This document shows positions 1 to 9,232 of a DNA stretch of 64,000 bases, piece after piece. Each line of letters begins with the position of its first letter. The stretch's first letter is position 1. The notes below the pieces were generated by a model. The model worked only from the letters and a program-made list of their open reading frames with translations. It was not told the origin of the DNA and made no database searches. Location of the stretch: the NCBI GenBank assembly GCA_032128115.1, contig JAQBHB010000093.1, forward strand, positions 128,001 through 192,000. Direction: 5' to 3'. Origin of the DNA: Deltaproteobacteria bacterium. GTDB lineage: Bacteria; Myxococcota_A; UBA9160; SMWR01. Position numbers and translations under genes: made by a program.

Positions 1-119
1 AGTTCGCACCCAAGACGTTCCCCGAGCTGATCAACCAGGCCGACGAAGCTCTCTACGCCTCGAAGAAGGGCGGCCGGAATCGTGTCACCCGCTATGACGA
101 GGTGGCGTCGCCTCGGTAG
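1..119 (+). CDS. GGDEF diguanylate cyclase domain protein, C-terminal fragment (runs off window start)
   Basis: Frame from nt 3 reads ...LINQADEALYASKKGGRNRVTRY..., the typical GGDEF C-terminal motif; TAG at 117-119. Confidence 0.8.
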   Translation, partial: FAPKTFPELINQADEALYASKKGGRNRVTRYDEVASPR

Positions 120-147
120 GCCTGGGCCCGCGCGTCCAGAGGATTTC

Positions 148-1731
148 ATGAGCAAACGAGCCCGATCGCAGGAGCGCCAGGCGCCCAGGCCCCGGAGGCG
201 TCGACGGCGTGCTGTGAGTTCCACGGGAGCGGACGCGGGATATACGCCGCTGCGGGCGCCAGTTGCTGCCAGCGACCGGATCGTCGAGGGCATCCGTGAG
301 ACCCTCCGGCGGGCCCGGTGGGCCGCGAAAGAGCGCCTCGAACTGGCAGAGAAACCCAGTGGCGATCCGGTGGTGGACGCGATCGTCGAATTGTTCCAGA
401 AGGCCCGGTCCGTGCCGGAAGACGTCGCCCGTCGCGCGCTCGAACCCCTGCGCCTCGAGGAGTGGCAGGAAGCGGGACTATTGGATCTGCGAGATGGGCT
501 GGCGGTGCCGCTCGTGCGTCTGGCCGCCTACCAGGGACTCGTGGTGGCCGCCGACCTGTCCTGGAGCGCGGGGTGTCCGCGGGATGCGGTGATGGGGCTG
601 ACCGGAAGCACGTCGTGGCTGGCACGCCTGACGGTGCGGCGCCGCACGCGCCACACGCTGGATCTGGGCACGGGTAACGGGCTCCAGGCCATGCTGGCGG
701 CCCGTCACAGTGAACGGGTGCTGGCCATCGACGTGAATCCGCGGGCGCTGGCCTTCGCGCAGTTCAGTGCCCGCATCAACGGTTTCACCAACATCGATTT
801 CGCCCACGGCGACTGGTTCGAGCCGGCCGCTGGGCGGCGCTTCGACCAGATCGTGTGCAACCCACCCTTCGTGATCTCCCCGGAGACCGAGACCCTGTAC
901 CGGGACAATCCCTACGACGGCGACGATCTGGTGACGCGGATCGTGCGCCAGATGCCCGAGCACCTGGAGGAGGGGGCTCTCGGTCAGATGATCTGCGACT
1001 GGGTGGAGCCGGCCGCGAGTTCCTGGTCGGATCGCCTGGCCTCCCGGTTCCGGGATTGCGGCTGCGACGCCCTGGCCCTCCGCATCCTCTCCAAGGATCC
1101 CGCCGCATACGTGGGCGCATACGCCGCCACCACGCCCGCGCTGCGAGATGCGTGGCTCGCCTACTTCGCCACGCAGGGCATCGAGAAGATCGGCTTCGGC
1201 CTGATCTGCCTGCGCCGGCGCACCCGCTCGAGCCACTGGTTCAGCGCCGACAAGGTCCCGAAACCCGCCGATCGGGCCACGGGAGAGGACGTGGCCCGGG
1301 CCATCGCGGCGCGCGATTTCCTGGAGGGGAACCGAAGTGATGAAACGCTGCTGGGCGCCCACCTCCGGGTTTCGCCGAGTCTCCGGATCGAGCCGCGCAT
1401 GGAGCCAGGCCCCAAGGGCTGGCTCGCGAAGAGCGCGCAGCTATCGCTGAGCCGTGGATTCGGATACGTGGCTCGGGTCGACCGTCCTCTCATGGAGTTG
1501 CTGCTGCGCTGTGACGGCCGGCGATCCCTGCGCGACCTGGTGGCCGATGCCGCCACCCGCCATCAGAAGGGCGCGGAGGAGTGGGCCCAGATGCTGACCG
1601 ATGTGGTGCGCCGATTGATCGCCTTCGGATTCGTGTGGCCCGTTGCCCCCGCCTCGGTTGGCGCCGCTCCTTCGCCCGACCAGGCGCCGCCCGCAAAGAA
1701 TCCGCCGGATGAGTCGAGCGCAGCCGCCTGA
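148..1731 (+). CDS. Class I SAM-dependent (N-)methyltransferase with C-terminal PqqD/winged-helix-like domain
   Basis: LDLGTGNG motif I, IDVNPRA, IVCNPPF motif IV; C-terminal LLRCDGRRSLRDLV...VVRRLIAFGFV; ATG at 148 preceded by GAGGA. Confidence 0.75.
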   Translation: MSKRARSQERQAPRPRRRRRRAVSSTGADAGYTPLRAPVAASDRIVEGIRETLRRARWAAKERLELAEKPSGDPVVDAIVELFQKARSVPEDVARRALEPLRLEEWQEAGLLDLRDGLAVPLVRLAAYQGLVVAADLSWSAGCPRDAVMGLTGSTSWLARLTVRRRTRHTLDLGTGNGLQAMLAARHSERVLAIDVNPRALAFAQFSARINGFTNIDFAHGDWFEPAAGRRFDQIVCNPPFVISPETETLYRDNPYDGDDLVTRIVRQMPEHLEEGALGQMICDWVEPAASSWSDRLASRFRDCGCDALALRILSKDPAAYVGAYAATTPALRDAWLAYFATQGIEKIGFGLICLRRRTRSSHWFSADKVPKPADRATGEDVARAIAARDFLEGNRSDETLLGAHLRVSPSLRIEPRMEPGPKGWLAKSAQLSLSRGFGYVARVDRPLMELLLRCDGRRSLRDLVADAATRHQKGAEEWAQMLTDVVRRLIAFGFVWPVAPASVGAAPSPDQAPPAKNPPDESSAAA

Positions 1732-1751
1732 GTGCTGCGCCGCGAGCGCAG

Positions 1752-2879
1752 TTGCGCAAATCTATTGCGTCGGAGGGAGACCCGGTGGAATGTCTGCGCC
1801 GCGCGTCTGCGCGTCTGGCTCTTCTCTCGACCCTGACGATCTCGCTGTGCGGAAATGGTCTCGAGGCTCCTGCCCCCGACCTGAGGGCCGGGCGTGGCGT
1901 GAGCGTCGTCGATCCCTCCGCGCGCCTGCCGGCGGGAGATTCGGGCTGGGAGAACTGGGACCTGCTGCTCCGCCTGGACACGGGCCACGTGGTGGCCATG
2001 CGTTTTCTCATCACGAATCGCGGTCCCGGTGACCAGAACGGCGTGGCCCTCGGGCAGGTGATCCGCCCCGACGGCTCGGTCCTCAGCTTCGACAACGGCC
2101 GTCGCAAGGACCGCTGGACGTTGGCTGCGGATCGCCTCCGCCTGGACATCGGAAGCAGCCACCTGGACCTGCACGCACCGGCCCATCATCTGGAGATCGA
2201 CAAGAAGGCCGTGAAGCTCGACCTGCGCTACGCGCCCCGGGGCTGGGCGGCCGCACCGCCCGGACTCACCCCCGACGGCTACCAGCTGGACGTGATCGAT
2301 GCAGCCGCCCCGGTGGAGGGCTCACTCTGGGTCGAGGGCATGCAACGGGCCGTGCAGGTGAAAGGGCGCGCGGGTGTCACCCACAGCTGGGCTCGGGAGT
2401 CCGAGTCGGATCGGGTCCTGCGGCGACTCGACTTCTACTCGCTTGGCGACGGCGCGGCGGTGTACCTGGTCGAACTCACCAGCCCGACGGGACGCCGCAC
2501 CCGTTGGCTCAGCAGCGGTGGCGACGGGGAAGGCTTCTTCCAGGCTTCCGATTTCGATCTCGCCCTGGAGGGGGATCTGGCGGATCGCGACAACTCGTCG
2601 TACTGGATGCCAGCCCGCCTGAAGGCCCGGGGTGCGTCGATGTACGGCGATGTGTCGTTTGCGCGCACGCTGACGGAGATGGATCCCCTGGCGGCCCTGC
2701 CCACCCCGATCCGCCTGGTCATGGCCCTGGGCGGCAGGCCCCACCGGGTGTGGGTCGAGGCGGACTATGACCTGTCGCTGGGTGCGGCGCCGGATACGCC
2801 GCGTCGCCGGGGCACGGGCCTGGCGGTGGTGACCTTCCAGTCGACGCTGGGGCCCGCGCCGCAGGCGCTCAGGCGATGA
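1752..2879 (+). CDS. Exported hypothetical protein, probable AttH/CrtC/Svf1-like lipocalin double beta-barrel
   Basis: N-terminal hydrophobic segment; beta-rich WENWDLLLRLDTG, GRAGVTHSW, YWMPARL; start uncertain. Confidence 0.45.
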   Translation: MRKSIASEGDPVECLRRASARLALLSTLTISLCGNGLEAPAPDLRAGRGVSVVDPSARLPAGDSGWENWDLLLRLDTGHVVAMRFLITNRGPGDQNGVALGQVIRPDGSVLSFDNGRRKDRWTLAADRLRLDIGSSHLDLHAPAHHLEIDKKAVKLDLRYAPRGWAAAPPGLTPDGYQLDVIDAAAPVEGSLWVEGMQRAVQVKGRAGVTHSWARESESDRVLRRLDFYSLGDGAAVYLVELTSPTGRRTRWLSSGGDGEGFFQASDFDLALEGDLADRDNSSYWMPARLKARGASMYGDVSFARTLTEMDPLAALPTPIRLVMALGGRPHRVWVEADYDLSLGAAPDTPRRRGTGLAVVTFQSTLGPAPQALRR

Positions 2880-4023
2880 GTTCGCTGAGGGTCTCGGGCC
2901 AGGCACGCTGCAGTCGGGCCACCAGGGCGTCGAAGGCGCGGATCTCATCGGGCACGAAAACCTCGGACAGGACCGACAGGCCTACGCCGGGCGCCAGGGC
3001 CGCGAGGGCCGCGCACTGAAGCGATCCCCGCAACATTCGCCGACGGGTCAGATCGCGCGAACGCAGTCCCACGCTGGCCACGGTCGCGCATCCGAGGCCG
3101 ACCCCGGCCCAGGTGCGCCCGCCCCGTTGGCGTCGCTCGGCGTCGGCGCGCCCTTCCGAAAGCAGCTCGCGAGCTCGCTGGATGACGCCCCGGTCCGGGC
3201 GCGCGAGTGGTCTACCCCGGGGTGAAACCTCGAACTCGGCCACCAGGCCGCCGTGATTCGAATAGCTGGCCCGTTTGCCCGCAAGCTCCAGGGTCTCGTC
3301 GAAGGCCCGATCGATCTGGACGGGCACCACGCCCTGCGACCCGCCATCCCGGGCGAAGACGTAGTCCTCGCGCTTCAGAGCCGACTTCCGGCGATAGACG
3401 TTCTCGCCCCAGACGGTGGGTTGGCGGCGATCCAGATCGGCCGCCACGTCCCGCATGCCCGTCAGGCCGGTGAAGATCGCGTACTCCGGGTCGTTCTCCG
3501 GGAAGTTGAAGTCGCCCAGGGCCAGGATCGGGTGGTCGGTCTTGTGCGAGGCCATCGCGATCTGCACGATCTGGCCGATCCGGTGAGTCCGGTACTGGCG
3601 CCGCACCTTCCCCGAATAGGCAGCCTGGAGATGGGTGTCGATCAGGGTGATGGGCCCCGCCTCCGTGGCCAGACGGACCGCCACGAAGCCCTTGCCGGCG
3701 TAGTAGTCGCCGTGGTCCAGGCGCTCGGGCATGCCGTTCAGGGTGAAGCTCTCGAAGATGACCGACTCGATGGGCAGTCGGGAGAGCACCACGAGCCCGC
3801 TCCCGCCCAGGCTCTCGTGCCTGTGCCAGGCGTGGATCAGGCCGGCGCGGACACCGGCGGCCCGCAGGGTCTGGCGGACATCGGCGGTCCAGGCCTCCTG
3901 GAAGGCGATGACATCCAGGTCGAGGGCTGGCAGTCGATCGCCAATCGCCTTCATCCGCTGCGTGACCTGCGGCGAGAGAGGCGGCAGGCCCCAGACATTC
4001 AACGTGGCGACGCGTAGTTTCAT
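2869..4023 (-). CDS. EEP-family phosphodiesterase, neutral sphingomyelinase 1/Isc1-like, with two C-terminal hydrophobic segments
   Basis: TLNVWG, FQEAW, GSGLVVLSR, TLNGMPERLDHGDYYAGKG, THLQA, GDFN, DYVF, SNHGG motifs. Confidence 0.8.
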   Translation of the reverse strand: MKLRVATLNVWGLPPLSPQVTQRMKAIGDRLPALDLDVIAFQEAWTADVRQTLRAAGVRAGLIHAWHRHESLGGSGLVVLSRLPIESVIFESFTLNGMPERLDHGDYYAGKGFVAVRLATEAGPITLIDTHLQAAYSGKVRRQYRTHRIGQIVQIAMASHKTDHPILALGDFNFPENDPEYAIFTGLTGMRDVAADLDRRQPTVWGENVYRRKSALKREDYVFARDGGSQGVVPVQIDRAFDETLELAGKRASYSNHGGLVAEFEVSPRGRPLARPDRGVIQRARELLSEGRADAERRQRGGRTWAGVGLGCATVASVGLRSRDLTRRRMLRGSLQCAALAALAPGVGLSVLSEVFVPDEIRAFDALVARLQRAWPETLSELIA

Positions 4024-4109
4024 GGCTCCCTGGGCGATGCCGGCCGGGAGCGTGGTTGGCGCCCTCGAGCCGGGCGGGGGATGCCCGTTCGGGGTTTGCA
4101 CCCCTCTAC

Positions 4110-4125
4110 TGCAATTCGCGCGCCG
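4110..4125 (-). promoter_or_regulatory. Putative sigma54 -24/-12 promoter for the sphingomyelinase-like gene
   Basis: Minus strand CGGCGCGCGAATTGCA: GG-N10-GC spacing with TTGCA, about 90 nt upstream of the ATG. Confidence 0.45.
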
Positions 4126-4356
4126 TCCCGGAAACATCCGACACACGAACGTGAATTCGTAAGCAGCGGCCGCAGTTCGCGTGGGTTCTACGTACGAGTT
4201 ACGCGTGCGGATGACAGCACCTGGAGAGAAGTTTGCTTCTCACGAGCGCCGTTTCGCGTCCAATCAGACGGGATTTTCGTAGCAGGCGAGGAGCAGGCAG
4301 GGTGTCGATCCCCGGCCTCGCTGCGCGGCGAGGCGCGGGTGAACCCAGGTGGGGTC

Positions 4357-5073
4357 CTAGAAGCGCTCGAAGCGCCGGTAGAAGAGGGCGTTGCGCATAC
4401 GATCGAGGGCCCCGTCCCGGTTCAGGACCACGATGAAGACCTTGCGCAGGTGGCCCTCGGGACACTCGATGGGGCGCACCCCGTGCCACGAGTTGCCGTT
4501 TCGGGTGAAGATCAGGCTGCGGTTGCCCAGGGTCGGGGACGAGATGGCCCGGTCGAAGTCCTCGAAGGCCGGGGCCGAGTGAGCCTTGAAGCGCCCCCGA
4601 TCGTCGAGAATCACCGTCTCTCCGCCCCAGCCCTCATTCCAGTCATCGGGCGTGTTGAAATAGAAGATGTGCGAGCCGAGCTTGCGCGTGGAATCGCAAT
4701 GCGGCGATACCGAGCAGCCGTTGGGCGTGTAGTGCCAGTGGAAATTGAACGAGATCGAGGGGATCCCCACCAGGCGACACAGGGCCCGCTTGTAGCGCCC
4801 GCCGGTCAGCTCGCCGAGGAACTCCCGCCACGCTGTGCTCAGCTCGAGCCCATCCTTGTATTCCAGCAGGTAGCGGTCGTGAGGCGACTGGCCACCTCGC
4901 CGTTCCACATCGAAGCTGCGGGTCATGAGATCCAGGTCGGGCAGGTTTGCACGCAGCACCTCGAAAGCCTCGGGGTGCAGCAGCTCGACCGGGTTCGCAA
5001 AGGGATAGGGCGCCGTGGCCTGATAATGCGCCGGATCCAGCGCCTCCAGGCGATCGAAGTCCAGGTACTTCAT
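4357..5073 (-). CDS. 2OG-Fe(II) oxygenase
   Basis: HCD (HxD) motif, WGGET, distal SWHGV and RKVF. Confidence 0.8.
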   Translation of the reverse strand: MKYLDFDRLEALDPAHYQATAPYPFANPVELLHPEAFEVLRANLPDLDLMTRSFDVERRGGQSPHDRYLLEYKDGLELSTAWREFLGELTGGRYKRALCRLVGIPSISFNFHWHYTPNGCSVSPHCDSTRKLGSHIFYFNTPDDWNEGWGGETVILDDRGRFKAHSAPAFEDFDRAISSPTLGNRSLIFTRNGNSWHGVRPIECPEGHLRKVFIVVLNRDGALDRMRNALFYRRFERF

Positions 5074-5101
5074 GGGCTGCTCCCAGCTGCCGCCATCGGA
5101 T

Positions 5102-6043
5102 TCAGGAGGCCGCCGCGCTCGGAGGTCGGTAGCCCAGGCTCGGCGACAGCTTCGAGGTCATCAATTCCTCGAGCTCGGCTACCTGCTCCGGGGTGAAGTA
5201 GTCGCGATATCCGTTCACCTTGCCTCGGCGCACCTTGAAGGTCTCCGGGTCCGAGGCGTTGCGCAGGTTCATGCCGCCCGTAGAGAAGAAACCCTGGGAT
5301 TCGAGCTTCCGAAGGTTCTCGAACGATCCATACTCCGCGGCTGCGTCGATCTCCGCATCCGTGAAGTTCCAGCCCACCAGGTCCGAGATCCTGCGCAGCG
5401 GCCCGCGGGGATCGGCGCGCAGCTCTTCGTACGAGAGCAGCAGGGAGTTCTCCATGCCCGCCAGGTTGTGCTCCCAGTTGTTCAGGAAGTCGATCAGGGA
5501 GGACAGGCCCAGATCGCTGTGCCGCACGAACTCCCACATCTCCACATTGCGGCGATCGATGGGGTGCTCGATGAAGTGGTTGATCAGCTCGTTCTTGTAG
5601 GCCGACTGTCGTTTGGTGAACTGGAAGTACCACGACACCGCGATGTCGCAGGGGTTCCGCACCAGCAGCACCACCTTCTTGTTTCGCAGGCTGGGCTCGC
5701 GGGCGTCCCGAGCCAGGGCACGGCCCACCACCGACTCGTAGCTGTAGTAGCCGTTGGTGGCGAGGATGCGCGGGGCGGCGGGATTGTGGCGGTGGGCTTC
5801 GTCCGACTTCACGATGATCGATGCGGGCAGGCCAAACCGGATCTGGAAGAGTCGCGACAGCATGCTGCGCAGCCAGGTGTTGCCGCTCTTGGGATGCCCG
5901 ATGATCAGCAGCTCGGCCCGCTGGGCCTTGGCGATCTGGAGCTTCGAGAGCCAATGCTCGCGCGCCGTGACGCGAAGGGACCGGGGCAGGGCCATGGTCG
6001 GCAGCAGAATCGACCATCGCTTGACTCGATCACCCGGTTGCAT
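5102..6043 (-). CDS. PAPS-dependent sulfotransferase (Sulfotransfer_1-like)
   Basis: GHPKSGNTWLR 5'-PSB loop, RNPCDIAVSW 3'-PB motif, KVRRGKVNGY. Confidence 0.85.
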   Translation of the reverse strand: MQPGDRVKRWSILLPTMALPRSLRVTAREHWLSKLQIAKAQRAELLIIGHPKSGNTWLRSMLSRLFQIRFGLPASIIVKSDEAHRHNPAAPRILATNGYYSYESVVGRALARDAREPSLRNKKVVLLVRNPCDIAVSWYFQFTKRQSAYKNELINHFIEHPIDRRNVEMWEFVRHSDLGLSSLIDFLNNWEHNLAGMENSLLLSYEELRADPRGPLRRISDLVGWNFTDAEIDAAAEYGSFENLRKLESQGFFSTGGMNLRNASDPETFKVRRGKVNGYRDYFTPEQVAELEELMTSKLSPSLGYRPPSAAAS

Positions 6044-6056
6044 CGCGTCTCCCTTC

Positions 6057-6167
6057 CCGACCGCGGCGCTGCCCACCGGCGGGTGCCGCTTCGCCGACCG
6101 CGGCGCTGCCCACCTTCGGGTGCCGCTTCGCCGACCGCGGCGCTGCCCACCTTCGCGTGCCGCTTCG
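6057..6167. repeat. 3 x 37-bp intergenic tandem repeat, each unit weakly palindromic
   Basis: Unit CCGACCGCGGCGCTGCCCACC(TT/GG)CG(G/C)GTGCCGCTTCG repeated head-to-tail without spacers. Confidence 0.9.
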
Positions 6168-6382
6168 CCACACAAACCCCATCGTCGCTCCGAGGGCATG
6201 AGTGCAGCCCAATCCAGGGTCCCGGTGCGATTGGGCATCCGGTCGCGCGAAGTCAGGGGGGGGCTGGAGGGCGAGTATAAGACCGGCCTGCGGCTCTCGC
6301 GACCAGTGCCGGGGCCAGCGGGGTGGAGCCGCTATCCTGCCCCCGGCTCGTCCCCGCGGGCCGCGGCCGTACCGGGGGTAGG

Positions 6383-7462
6383 ATGGGGAGCCCGAAGACC
6401 AGCGAGGAACCCAGGGTCTGGGTGCTGCTGGGTCGCGGCACCGGCGGAAACGGCCAGATGCTGGCCCTGGCCGAGGCCCTGGGCTGGCCCTTCGAGACCC
6501 GCCAGCTCCACCACAACCCGATCCAGTGGATCCCGAACCTGTTGCTGGGGGCCACGCGTGCCAGCGTGGACGCACGCCGCTCGGATCCGCTCGAGCCGCC
6601 CTGGCCGGACCTGGTGATTGCAGCTTCGCGCCGCGCGGCCCCGGTGGCCCGCTGGATCCGCCGGCAGTCCGGCGGCCGCACGCGCCTGGTCCACCTGCTT
6701 CACACCATGGCGCCGCTTGACCATTTCGATCTCGTGGTGACCATGCCCCAGTACTGCCTACCCCAACGTTCGAACGTGATGCACGTGGCCGGCGCCTTGA
6801 ACCGGATCGCCCCCGAGCGTCTGGCGTCCGCGGCCATCGCCTGGAAGCAGCGTCTGCGCCACCTGCCGCGGCCCTGGATCGCGGTGGTGGTGGGCGGTGA
6901 CAGCTCTTCGTACCGATTCGATCCCGACACCGCGGCACGCCTGGGTCGCGAGGCGAGCGCGCTGGCCCGGGAAAAGGGCGGCTCGTTGCTGGTGAGCACC
7001 ACGCCACGCACGCCCGCCGACTCGGCGGAGGCCCTGTTCGGCGCCCTCGACGTTCCCGTGTATGAGTACCGCTGGCGCCCGGACGACCCGGACAATCCTT
7101 ACCTGGGCTTCCTGGCCCTGGCCGATCACTTCGTGGTGACCGTAGACAGCGCCTCGCTCCCCATGGAGGCCTGCGCAACCGGAAAGCCGGTGCAGGTCTT
7201 CCACTGGGAGCGCCGCGCCGGAGTCTCAAGTACCGGACCGCTGGCGAAACTTCCCGCCCGGCTCGTGTACTGGGGATTGCTCAAGCCGCGTCGGGATTTC
7301 GACGCTTATCAACGCGCACTGGAGGAGCGGGGTTGGGTCACCCGGCTGGGCGACTCGCCGCCACCCGGCGCCCAGCGACCGCCCGACGATCTGGAGCAGG
7401 TGGTGGATCGGATCCGTCGGCTTGCGTCCGGGGAGGTTCCGGCGCGAGTCGATCCCCTATAG
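6383..7462 (+). CDS. ELM1/GtrOC1-family putative glycosyltransferase
   Basis: GGNGQMLALAEALG, PPWPDLVIAASRR, VVVGGDS, STTPRTP, NPYLGFLALADHFVVTVDSAS. Confidence 0.85.
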   Translation: MGSPKTSEEPRVWVLLGRGTGGNGQMLALAEALGWPFETRQLHHNPIQWIPNLLLGATRASVDARRSDPLEPPWPDLVIAASRRAAPVARWIRRQSGGRTRLVHLLHTMAPLDHFDLVVTMPQYCLPQRSNVMHVAGALNRIAPERLASAAIAWKQRLRHLPRPWIAVVVGGDSSSYRFDPDTAARLGREASALAREKGGSLLVSTTPRTPADSAEALFGALDVPVYEYRWRPDDPDNPYLGFLALADHFVVTVDSASLPMEACATGKPVQVFHWERRAGVSSTGPLAKLPARLVYWGLLKPRRDFDAYQRALEERGWVTRLGDSPPPGAQRPPDDLEQVVDRIRRLASGEVPARVDPL

Positions 7463-7490
7463 TTTCGGCGTCCGAGCCGGGGGGCATGCC

Positions 7491-8504
7491 TTGAACGACA
7501 CGCACAAAGCGGGTTCCGACGCGCAGCAGCGCGCCGTCTTCGTGGTGGGAGCGGGCCGCAGTGGCACCAGCGCCATCACCCGGGGCATCCAGGCCCTGGG
7601 TGTCGAGCTGGGCGACCAGCTGAAGGCTGCCACCGGCAAGAATCCCACCGGCTTCTTCGAAGATCAGGAACTCCTGGACCTGGCCAAGCGGGTGCGCACC
7701 CAGCTCGGTCTGCGCACCGACAGCGTGACGCTTCTGGAGGCGCGCTCCTGGCAGGCGGTGGATCTCGACCCACTCGAGCGCGAGTGCGCGGAGCTGATCG
7801 AACGGCGCTTCGGCGGGGTGCCGGTGTGGGGCTTCAAGTACGCCCAGACGCTTCGCATGCTGCCGTTCTGGCAGGGTGTCTTCCGGCGCGCGCGTCTCGA
7901 CGTGCGCTACGTAGTGGCCGTTCGCAATCCCCTGAGCGTGGCGCGCTCGCGCGCGAAGCTCGAGCCCCGGCGTGGTCACCAGGAGAAGAGCGACCTGGAG
8001 TGGCTGGTGAACGTGGTGCCCTATTTTCGTGCCATGGCCGATCGCCCGTTCGTGGTGGTGGACTACGACCTGTTGATGGCCAGCCCCGTGAGCCAACTCG
8101 AGAGGATCGCGACCCGCCTGGAACTCCCCCTGGACGACGCAATCCGGGCCGATGTGCGCGCCTACGCCGAGGGCTTCCTGTCCAGCGACCGGCGCCACAC
8201 CCACTTCGACCACGAAGATCTCGCGAAGGATCCGAGCTTGAACCCGCTCACGCGCGACGCCTACGGCTGGCTGCGCCGCCTGGCGAGCGACGAGATCGCC
8301 CCGGACTCGCCCGAGCTGTGGAGCGACTGGGAGCGGATCGAGACGCTGCTCGCCGCCATGGCGCCCGCGCTACGCCATCTGGATCGGCTGGAGAACGAGC
8401 ATCACCAGGCGCGCTGGAGCCCCCTGGGCGCCCTGCGCTCGCTATGGGTCAACATGCCGCGCCCCTGGAGGCGTGCGAGCGCGCCCGGATCCCGTGCCGG
8501 ATGA
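7491..8504 (+). CDS. Sulfotransferase family protein
   Basis: VVGAGRSGTSA, NPTGFFED, WGFK, RNPLSVARS; TTG start inferred. Confidence 0.8.
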   Translation: MNDTHKAGSDAQQRAVFVVGAGRSGTSAITRGIQALGVELGDQLKAATGKNPTGFFEDQELLDLAKRVRTQLGLRTDSVTLLEARSWQAVDLDPLERECAELIERRFGGVPVWGFKYAQTLRMLPFWQGVFRRARLDVRYVVAVRNPLSVARSRAKLEPRRGHQEKSDLEWLVNVVPYFRAMADRPFVVVDYDLLMASPVSQLERIATRLELPLDDAIRADVRAYAEGFLSSDRRHTHFDHEDLAKDPSLNPLTRDAYGWLRRLASDEIAPDSPELWSDWERIETLLAAMAPALRHLDRLENEHHQARWSPLGALRSLWVNMPRPWRRASAPGSRAG

Positions 8505-9204
8505 AGTGCGGGTGCAGGTGCAGGCGAGCCGCACTCCGCCAGATGTCAGCGCGACTCACATAGCCGTGTTCGATGGCTTCCGAGAGCCACCGCTCCCAGA
8601 AGCCGGTGAGGGGATGCCGCGGGCTTTTCCACGGTTGCTGCTTCACGTGGCTGAAGTGCACCAGCTTCGAGTCGTCCCGGACCATGTTGTAGTGATTCCA
8701 GCGCGGATCGATCTCCTGGATCCGAGCCGGATCCAGCCACGCCAGCCGGATGAAATCCTTGTAGTGGACCTGGCCGGGTCCGAGGCGCGAGCCGTTGGGC
8801 ACTACGCACCGGAACATCGTGTCCGGATCCCAATCCGTGAGCTTCGCGCAATCGAGAACCATCACGCTGGTCTCGTTGCGGGGTTCCACCGGTGCGCCGG
8901 CAAAGCTCCCCTCGATGTGGCGGACGATGCCCACGGCATGGGTCTCATCGAGACTGTCCACCAGCTTCTGGAGATCGTCCAGCACCACCTGATCGGCGTC
9001 CATGTAGACGGCGCGTCCCCGGTAGCCAAACGTCTGGGGTACCAGGAACCGCACGAACCCGAACTTCGTGCCGCCCACGGACGGGAGGTGCTGGGTCACG
9101 AAGCGAAGGTCCACCTCCTCGGCGCAGTGCTTGCGGATCGAGTACTCGAGCACCTTCTGCGGGATGTACTGGTTCGCCTGGGTTCCGATCACCACCTGGA
9201 GCAT
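8449..9204 (-). CDS. GT-A fold (GT8-like) glycosyltransferase
   Basis: T-F-RF segment (TKFGFVRFLVP), AVYMDADQ DxD motif, TSVMVLDC, WNH, KLVHFS..QQPW. Confidence 0.75.
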   Translation of the reverse strand: MLQVVIGTQANQYIPQKVLEYSIRKHCAEEVDLRFVTQHLPSVGGTKFGFVRFLVPQTFGYRGRAVYMDADQVVLDDLQKLVDSLDETHAVGIVRHIEGSFAGAPVEPRNETSVMVLDCAKLTDWDPDTMFRCVVPNGSRLGPGQVHYKDFIRLAWLDPARIQEIDPRWNHYNMVRDDSKLVHFSHVKQQPWKSPRHPLTGFWERWLSEAIEHGYVSRADIWRSAARLHLHPHFIRHGIRARSHASRGAAC

Positions 9205-9232
9205 GAACCCTCCGTTCCCGCTGGCTGCGCCG

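Noticed and set aside
4130..4350. Possible ncRNA or riboswitch in this intergenic gap (also 29600-29780)
   Set aside because: Only short hairpins; no Rfam-like consensus that I can recognise. An Infernal search would be needed
6057..6167. 37-bp repeats as a mini CRISPR array
   Set aside because: Units are head-to-tail with no unique spacers, and there are no cas genes in the window
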